A stretch of 11,155 nucleotides of DNA, from NCBI GenBank assembly GCA_044868695.1, contig JBIOWP010000158.1:1-11155 (forward strand). The letters are read 5' to 3'. The notes under the pieces were generated by a model. That model was given only the letters and a program-made list of their open reading frames with translations. It was not told where the DNA came from and ran no database searches. Numbering within the stretch: the stretch's first letter is position 1; each line of letters begins with the position of its first letter. The position numbers were made by a program, and so were the translations under genes. This DNA comes from a bacterium. Lineage in GTDB: Bacteria; Sysuimicrobiota; Sysuimicrobiia; Sysuimicrobiales; Kaftiobacteriaceae. Below, in pieces: positions 6,133 through 11,155 of the stretch.

Positions 6133-8169
6133 GTGAGCACACGCAAGGTCTCGATCGAAGATCTGCTCGCGCTACGGTGGATCAGCGATCCTCAGCTGAG
6201 TCCCGACGGCGCGCGGGCCGTCTATGTCCAGACGGAGATCGACCGCGTGGCCGATACGTACCGCTCGCATCTGTGGATGGTGTCTCTGTCGGGAGGCGAC
6301 CCCCGTCCGTACACGGCGGGCGAGCATCGTGATTCGCAGCCGCGCTGGTCCCCCGACGGCCGCTGGATCACGTTCCTCTCCGACCGGGGGGCGGCGGCGA
6401 AGGCCGAGCCCGGCGCCAAGCGCCCGAAACAACTGTATCTGATCCCCGCAGACGGCGGGGAGGCGCGGCTGCTGGTGACCTCCGCCTACAGCCCGTCGGA
6501 CGTCGCGTGGTCTCCCGACGGCGAGACGATCGCCTTCGTGGGAAAGGCGCCGGTCGAGGAACCCAAGAGCGATGTCAAAGTCATTACGCGCGTCCGCTAC
6601 AAGTTTGACGGGGAGGGATTTTGGGACGGCCGCTACAAGCAGATTTTCTCCCTCAAGATTGCCAGCGGGTCCCCGCAGCAGATTACCGGCGGCGATTTCG
6701 ACCACGGCGATCCCGCCTGGTCGCCGGACGGCCGGGCACTGGCCTTCGTGGCCAACCGGACGGCGGACGCCGACTTCACCAACGTCACCGATGTGTGGGT
6801 CATCTCCGCATCCGGCGGCGAGCCCACGCGGTTGACGAAGTCCATCGGACCGTGCGCGACCCCCACCTGGTCCCCCGACGGCAGGCTGGTCGCCTATTAC
6901 GGGCATGACAACGCCTGCAGGGGAGCGACGAATACCAATGCCTGGATCGTTCCGGTGGACGGCGGTGATCCCGCGAATCTCACCGCGGCGTACGACCGGT
7001 CCCTCGAGCATCACGTCATCACCGACATGCGGGCCCATGCAAAGATCGGCGGACCGGTCTGGGCGCCGGACGGCGGCAGCCTGGTGGTGCTGATCGCCGA
7101 TGGCGCAACGAATCAGGTCGGCGCCGTGAACCTGCGCGCGGGCGGCGTGACCGTGCTCACGTCGGGCCGGCGGGAGGTCTATGGCGTATCTGTCGCGCGA
7201 GCGGGGCAGACCGCTGTGATCGCGGCGTCTGATCCATTCACTCCGGGTGACCTGTGGGTGGTGCCGCTGGATGGCCGCGGGAACGAGCGGCGCCTGTCGG
7301 AGGCGAACGCCTCCCTGCTCGCCGGCGTGGCGCTGAGCCAGCCGGAGCCGTTCACCTATGAGGGCGCAGACGGCTGGCCGATTGAGGGATGGGTCATGCG
7401 CCCCATCGAGTACCGTGACGGCCAGAGGTATCCGACCGTGCTCCAGATCCACGGCGGGCCCCATGGCGCATACGGCGAGGCGTTCTTTCACGAGTTCCAG
7501 CTGCTGGCCGCCGAGGGATTCGCCGTCGTGTACACCAACCCGCGCGGCAGCCAGGGGTATGGCCAGCGCTTCACGTCGGCCACGCACCACGACTGGGGCG
7601 GCAAGGACTACGAGGACATCATGCGGGGGCTCGATGCGGCCATCGCCCGCTGTTCCTTCATTGATCCCGACCGGCTGGGCGTGGCCGGCGGCAGCTACGG
7701 GGGGTTCATGACGAACTGGGTCATCGGGCACACCCCCCGCTTCAAGGCGGCGGTGACGATGCGGTCCATCTCCAACCATCTCAGCCAGTGGGGCATGAGC
7801 GACCTGGCGTTCATGAAGGGATTCTGGGAGTTTCCGGGCGACCCGTGGGAGGCGCCGACGTGGTACTGGGAGCACTCCCCGCTGGCCTATGTCGAGCAGA
7901 TCACGGCGCCGCTACTGATCCTCCACAGCGAACAGGATCTCCGCTGTCCGGTTGGCGAGGCGGAGCAGCTGTTCGCGGCGCTGGTCAAGCTGGGGCGCGA
8001 CGTCGTGTTTGTGCGGTTTCCCAACGAGAGCCACGACCTCTCGCGCAGCGGGCAGCCCAGCCACCGGGTCGAGCGGCTGCGCTGGATCGTCAAGTGGTTT
8101 GCCGACCACCTGCGGCGGTCCGCGCCCGCCCCGCCCCGCGAGCCTGCGGTCGCCGGCGGCACGGAGTGA
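6133..8169 (+). CDS. S9-family prolyl oligopeptidase / acylaminoacyl peptidase, 678 aa
   Basis: Repeated WSPDG (PD40-like propeller) motifs, IHGGPH, NPRGSQGYG, nucleophile GGSYGG, Asp in EQDLRC and His in NESHDL. SD GAGGTG at 6122-6127. No signal peptide seen. Confidence 0.95.
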   Translation: MSTRKVSIEDLLALRWISDPQLSPDGARAVYVQTEIDRVADTYRSHLWMVSLSGGDPRPYTAGEHRDSQPRWSPDGRWITFLSDRGAAAKAEPGAKRPKQLYLIPADGGEARLLVTSAYSPSDVAWSPDGETIAFVGKAPVEEPKSDVKVITRVRYKFDGEGFWDGRYKQIFSLKIASGSPQQITGGDFDHGDPAWSPDGRALAFVANRTADADFTNVTDVWVISASGGEPTRLTKSIGPCATPTWSPDGRLVAYYGHDNACRGATNTNAWIVPVDGGDPANLTAAYDRSLEHHVITDMRAHAKIGGPVWAPDGGSLVVLIADGATNQVGAVNLRAGGVTVLTSGRREVYGVSVARAGQTAVIAASDPFTPGDLWVVPLDGRGNERRLSEANASLLAGVALSQPEPFTYEGADGWPIEGWVMRPIEYRDGQRYPTVLQIHGGPHGAYGEAFFHEFQLLAAEGFAVVYTNPRGSQGYGQRFTSATHHDWGGKDYEDIMRGLDAAIARCSFIDPDRLGVAGGSYGGFMTNWVIGHTPRFKAAVTMRSISNHLSQWGMSDLAFMKGFWEFPGDPWEAPTWYWEHSPLAYVEQITAPLLILHSEQDLRCPVGEAEQLFAALVKLGRDVVFVRFPNESHDLSRSGQPSHRVERLRWIVKWFADHLRRSAPAPPREPAVAGGTE

Positions 8170-8768
8170 CACGCAAGCGCGCGGCGCCGCGGCGCCGCCC
8201 TCCGGACGGTGCTCCGGCGCCCCGGATCTACACGCGCACCGGCGACCGTGGAGACACGGGTCTCATCGGCGGGCGGCGCATTCCCAAAGACCAGGTGCGG
8301 GTGGAAGCGTACGGCGCGGTCGACGAGTTGAACGCGCACCTCGGCGTCGTCCGAGCGGAGGCCGCCGACGCGGAGACGGCCGACCTGCTAGACGAACTCC
8401 AGCACCGGCTGTTCGATCTCGGCGCGGAGCTGGCCACACCCGCGGATGCCGCGGGCGCCGCGTCACCGATCGGCGACGAGGCCGTCGCGCGTCTTGAGCG
8501 CGCGATCGATCGTCTGCAGGAGCGGCTGCCGCCGCTGCGCGAGTTCATTCTGCCGGGCGGCACCCCGCTGGCCGCGTCGCTTCACGTGGCCCGCACGGTC
8601 TGCCGGCGGGCGGAACGCCGCCTGGTCACGCTCGCCCGCGAGGAACCGGTGCGCCCGGCACTGCTGCGCTACCTCAACCGGCTCTCGGACCTGCTCTTCG
8701 TGCTGGCGCGCGCCGCCAATGCGCGCGCGGGCCGGCCAGACGTCATCTGGAAGAAGGGGTACGAGTGA
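8166..8768 (+). CDS. pduO: PduO-type ATP:cob(I)alamin adenosyltransferase, 200 aa
   Basis: IYTRTGDRGDTGL, EAYGAVDELNA, LFDLGAELA, FILPGG, ARTVCRRAER and YLNRLSDLLF. GTG 8166 overlaps the peptidase stop (GTGA). Confidence 0.93.
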   Translation: MTRKRAAPRRRPPDGAPAPRIYTRTGDRGDTGLIGGRRIPKDQVRVEAYGAVDELNAHLGVVRAEAADAETADLLDELQHRLFDLGAELATPADAAGAASPIGDEAVARLERAIDRLQERLPPLREFILPGGTPLAASLHVARTVCRRAERRLVTLAREEPVRPALLRYLNRLSDLLFVLARAANARAGRPDVIWKKGYE

Positions 8769-8772
8769 GTCT

Positions 8773-8976
8773 ATGCGCCAATCATCAGACGGCCCGCGCG
8801 AGCGTGACATCCTCACGGTTGAGCAGGCCGCGGACCTCCTGCAGATCCACAAGGTGACGGTCTACAAATACATCAGGTCCGGGATGCTCCCCGCGGCCAG
8901 GCTCGGCAAAGTCTATCGCATCTACCGCCGCGACGTCGAGGCGCTGTTGCAAGATCACCGCCATCGCGCGCGATGA
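8773..8976 (+). CDS. Excisionase-family (HTH_17/MerR-like) DNA-binding protein, 67 aa
   Basis: ILTVEQAADLLQIHKVTVYKYIRSGMLPAARLGKVYRI fits the LTvxEAAxxLxVxxxTVYxxIxxGxLPAxRxGxxxRI pattern. ATG is 4 nt after the pduO stop. Confidence 0.9.
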   Translation: MRQSSDGPRERDILTVEQAADLLQIHKVTVYKYIRSGMLPAARLGKVYRIYRRDVEALLQDHRHRAR

Positions 8977-10253
8977 TCGCGTCGCTGGCGCGGCTCTCCA
9001 CGTTTTCCGCCCTCCGGCACCGCAACTACCGGCTGTTCTGGACCGGGGCGCTGGTCTCCCTGATGGGGACGTGGATGCAGAGCACGGCCCAGAGCTACCT
9101 GGTGTGGGAGCTCACGCGCTCCGCGCTGGCCACCAGCCTCACCACGCTGTTCTTCTCGCTGCCTTCGACGGTGCTCTCCCTGGTCGGGGGCGTGGTGGCT
9201 GACCGCGTCGACCGGCGCCGCCTGATCCTCGTTACCCAGACGGTCTTCATGCTGCAGGCCGTCGCCCTCACGGCGCTGGCGTTCACCGGGCAGATCAAGA
9301 TCTGGGAAATCTACCTGCTCGCGCTGGTCAACGGGACCGTCATGGCGTTCGACTCGCCCGGCCGCCAGTCGATGATCCCGTCGCTGGTGCCGCGCGAAGA
9401 CCTCAGCAACGCGATCGCGCTCAACTCCACGGTGTTCAACGCCGGCCGTGTCATCGGGCCGCCGCTGGCGGGGTTCGTCTACGCGGCCGCCGGGCCGGCC
9501 TGGTGCTTCGCGTTCAACGCCGTCTCGTTCCTGGCCATTCTCTACCCGCTGTCGATCATCCGTCCTCTGCCGGTCGCCGCGGGCGTGGTGCGCACGCACC
9601 CCTGGGATGACCTGCGCGAGGGGCTGGGCTATGCGCGCGGGCATCCGGTCGTGCGCGCGCTGCTGCTGCTAGTGGGACTCGTGGGAACCCTGGCGTTCAC
9701 GTACGTCGTGCTGATGCCCGTGGTCGCGTCTACTGTGCTCGGCGGCGGGCCGGCGGAAAACGGCTATCTGCTCGGCTCGGCCGGCGTGGGCGCGACGCTG
9801 GGCGCGCTCGGCGTCGCCACGCTGCGTCCGAGCCGGCCGGGGCGGCTGATCGTCGGGTTTGGGTACGCGGCGTCGCTGGCCCTGGTGGCGTTCATGTTCT
9901 CGCGCCACCTGGCGCTGTCGATGGTGCTGACGGCGGTCGTCGCGGGATGCGTGATGGCGCTGCTGGCCACCTGCAACGCGACGATCCAGGGGTACGTGCC
10001 TGACGCCCTGCGCGGGCGCATCATGAGCATTTACTCGCTGGCGTTGATCGGCAGTGGCCCGCTGACCGCCGTCATCGCCGGCACGTTGGGGAACAGCCTG
10101 GGCGCCGCGGCGGCGATTGGCCTCAGCGGCTTTGCGCTCGGACTCTCCGTGGGCCTCGTCGCGGCGCGGAACCGGCTGGTCGTGGAACTCGAAATGCGCC
10201 GCGTGGGGCAGACGGCGGAGGGAGCCTCAGTTCCGGTCGGCACCAAGTCGTAG
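8973..10253 (+). CDS. MFS transporter (MFS_3 / transmembrane secretion effector-like), 426 aa
   Basis: ALRHRNYRLFW, GTWMQ, GGVVADRVDRRR (motif A), NAIALNS..FNAGRVIGP and VPDALRGRIMS. ATGA overlap with the HTH gene stop. Confidence 0.93.
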   Translation: MIASLARLSTFSALRHRNYRLFWTGALVSLMGTWMQSTAQSYLVWELTRSALATSLTTLFFSLPSTVLSLVGGVVADRVDRRRLILVTQTVFMLQAVALTALAFTGQIKIWEIYLLALVNGTVMAFDSPGRQSMIPSLVPREDLSNAIALNSTVFNAGRVIGPPLAGFVYAAAGPAWCFAFNAVSFLAILYPLSIIRPLPVAAGVVRTHPWDDLREGLGYARGHPVVRALLLLVGLVGTLAFTYVVLMPVVASTVLGGGPAENGYLLGSAGVGATLGALGVATLRPSRPGRLIVGFGYAASLALVAFMFSRHLALSMVLTAVVAGCVMALLATCNATIQGYVPDALRGRIMSIYSLALIGSGPLTAVIAGTLGNSLGAAAAIGLSGFALGLSVGLVAARNRLVVELEMRRVGQTAEGASVPVGTKS

Positions 10254-10260
10254 GCAGTCG

Positions 10261-10608
10261 TCAGAACCTGAGCAGGACGACGGCAGTCAGTACCGTCCCA
10301 ACGACGGCGGCGGCGTAACATGCGACGGCCACGGCTCGCCGGCCTCCCTTCACTCCCAGGTCGATGAGCGTGAAGCGAAAGCGATGCGCCCAGTGGAACA
10401 GCGGCAGAGAGATCAGGGCGAACAGGTAGAGCTTCGTAAGCGGATGTGAGATCAGAGTAAAGAGGCGTTGATAATCAAACGCACCCCTCGCCCACCCCAG
10501 CGGCGCAACGATCCCGGTGAGGAGAATCTGCACCGGCACCAGGAACGCGGCGATGACACCGCCTGCGGCGAACAGTGACCACCAGAAAGGTTCGGTTGAT
10601 TTGACCAT
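10261..10608 (-). CDS. frdD: Fumarate reductase membrane anchor subunit D, 115 aa
   Basis: STEPFWWSLFAAGG (cf. E. coli SDEPVFWGLFGAGG), LPLFHWAHR, 3 TM segments, and position after frdC. Confidence 0.92.
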   Translation of the reverse strand: MVKSTEPFWWSLFAAGGVIAAFLVPVQILLTGIVAPLGWARGAFDYQRLFTLISHPLTKLYLFALISLPLFHWAHRFRFTLIDLGVKGGRRAVAVACYAAAVVGTVLTAVVLLRF

Positions 10609-10611
10609 CGC

Positions 10612-10995
10612 TTAGCCCCGCATGACCAGCCAGGCGACCAGAGCGGAGATCACGATCCAGGCGGCGTAGTTGACGCCCGCGATTACTGTTGCCGGAATGC
10701 GTTGCTCTCCACGCCGCACGACGATCACCTTGGGCGTGATGTTGATCCACGTGATCGCGTGGTAAAGCGCGGCGGCCAGCACCACGAGATGAAAGACCAG
10801 CATCCCGGGCGCCCGCAGCAGCCCAAGGTACTCCTCATATGCCTCCCGCCCGAGGCGCAGTTCGTACAACAGGAGCAGGAGCAAGATGGCGTACGCAGCG
10901 TTGAAGACGCTCGTCAGCTCCCGTACCATAAACAGGAAGTAGGCGCGGTTGCGCAGCCACCACGCTGCGGGCATGGGACGGTGATACGGGCTCAT
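10612..10995 (-). CDS. frdC: Fumarate reductase membrane anchor subunit C, 127 aa
   Basis: [11 protein letters not shown]...FMVRELTSV (cf. PYVRPMTSTWW...YMLREGTAV) and LYHAITW. ATG 10995 overlaps the frdB stop (ATGA). Confidence 0.92.
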   Translation of the reverse strand: MSPYHRPMPAAWWLRNRAYFLFMVRELTSVFNAAYAILLLLLLYELRLGREAYEEYLGLLRAPGMLVFHLVVLAAALYHAITWINITPKVIVVRRGEQRIPATVIAGVNYAAWIVISALVAWLVMRG

Positions 10996-11153
10996 CGCTT
11001 CCCCCAGGGGAGGAGAACGTCTTTGTACCATTTGAGGGTGGCGGAGACCTTCGCCTGTTGGATGGCCGCGGCCGGATCGACGTGAGCCGGGCATACGGTC
11101 GTGCACTCGCCGACCAGGGTGCAGTCCCAGATGCCATCCTCGCTCATTAACGC
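10992..11153 (-). CDS. frdB: Fumarate reductase iron-sulfur subunit, C-terminal fragment (truncated by the window edge; not in the ORF track)
   Basis: Manual translation gives [53 protein letters not shown]. It has the C-x5-C-x3-CP motif and [12 protein letters not shown] as in E. coli FrdB. Confidence 0.93.
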   Translation of the reverse strand, partial: ALMSEDGIWDCTLVGECTTVCPAHVDPAAAIQQAKVSATLKWYKDVLLPWGKR

Positions 11154-11155
11154 CA

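Noticed and set aside
6346..6882. Dispersed repeat TGGTCCCCCGACGGC (6346-6360 and 6868-6882) and variants
   Set aside because: Explained by WSPDG propeller repeats within the peptidase.
6172..7875. 567-aa antisense ORF
   Set aside because: Shadow frame of the S9 peptidase gene.
906..8976. Prophage or integrative element (helicase + excisionase + tRNA)
   Set aside because: No integrase, structural genes, att duplicate or compositional shift. The intervening genes are host-type metabolic and transport genes.

Overview
High-GC bacterial chromosomal window, densely coding. From left to right: a short array of 15-bp palindromic repeats and tRNA-Arg(CCG) on the minus strand with a clear sigma70-type promoter; a basic orphan ORF; a full-length but strongly divergent DnaB-like (SF4) helicase; a four-gene cluster (membrane protein, YbaK/EbsC-family deacylase, two orphans); a minus-strand MFS transporter; a divergent five-gene run (metallophosphoesterase, S9 peptidase, PduO-type cob(I)alamin adenosyltransferase, excisionase-type HTH, MFS); and the 3' end of a convergent frdB-frdC-frdD operon. 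No integrase, complete transposase or CRISPR array is visible. The best leads are (i) the DnaB paralog, which keeps its ATPase motifs but has lost the H3 Gln and the ssDNA-binding Arg, (ii) the REP-like array downstream of the tRNA, which an edge-truncated frame reads through, (iii) a recurrent CAGGA-N17/18-GAA promoter-like motif, including a mirror pair, and (iv) a His in FrdD that could restore a heme site. All family assignments come from motif recognition by eye; no searches were run.
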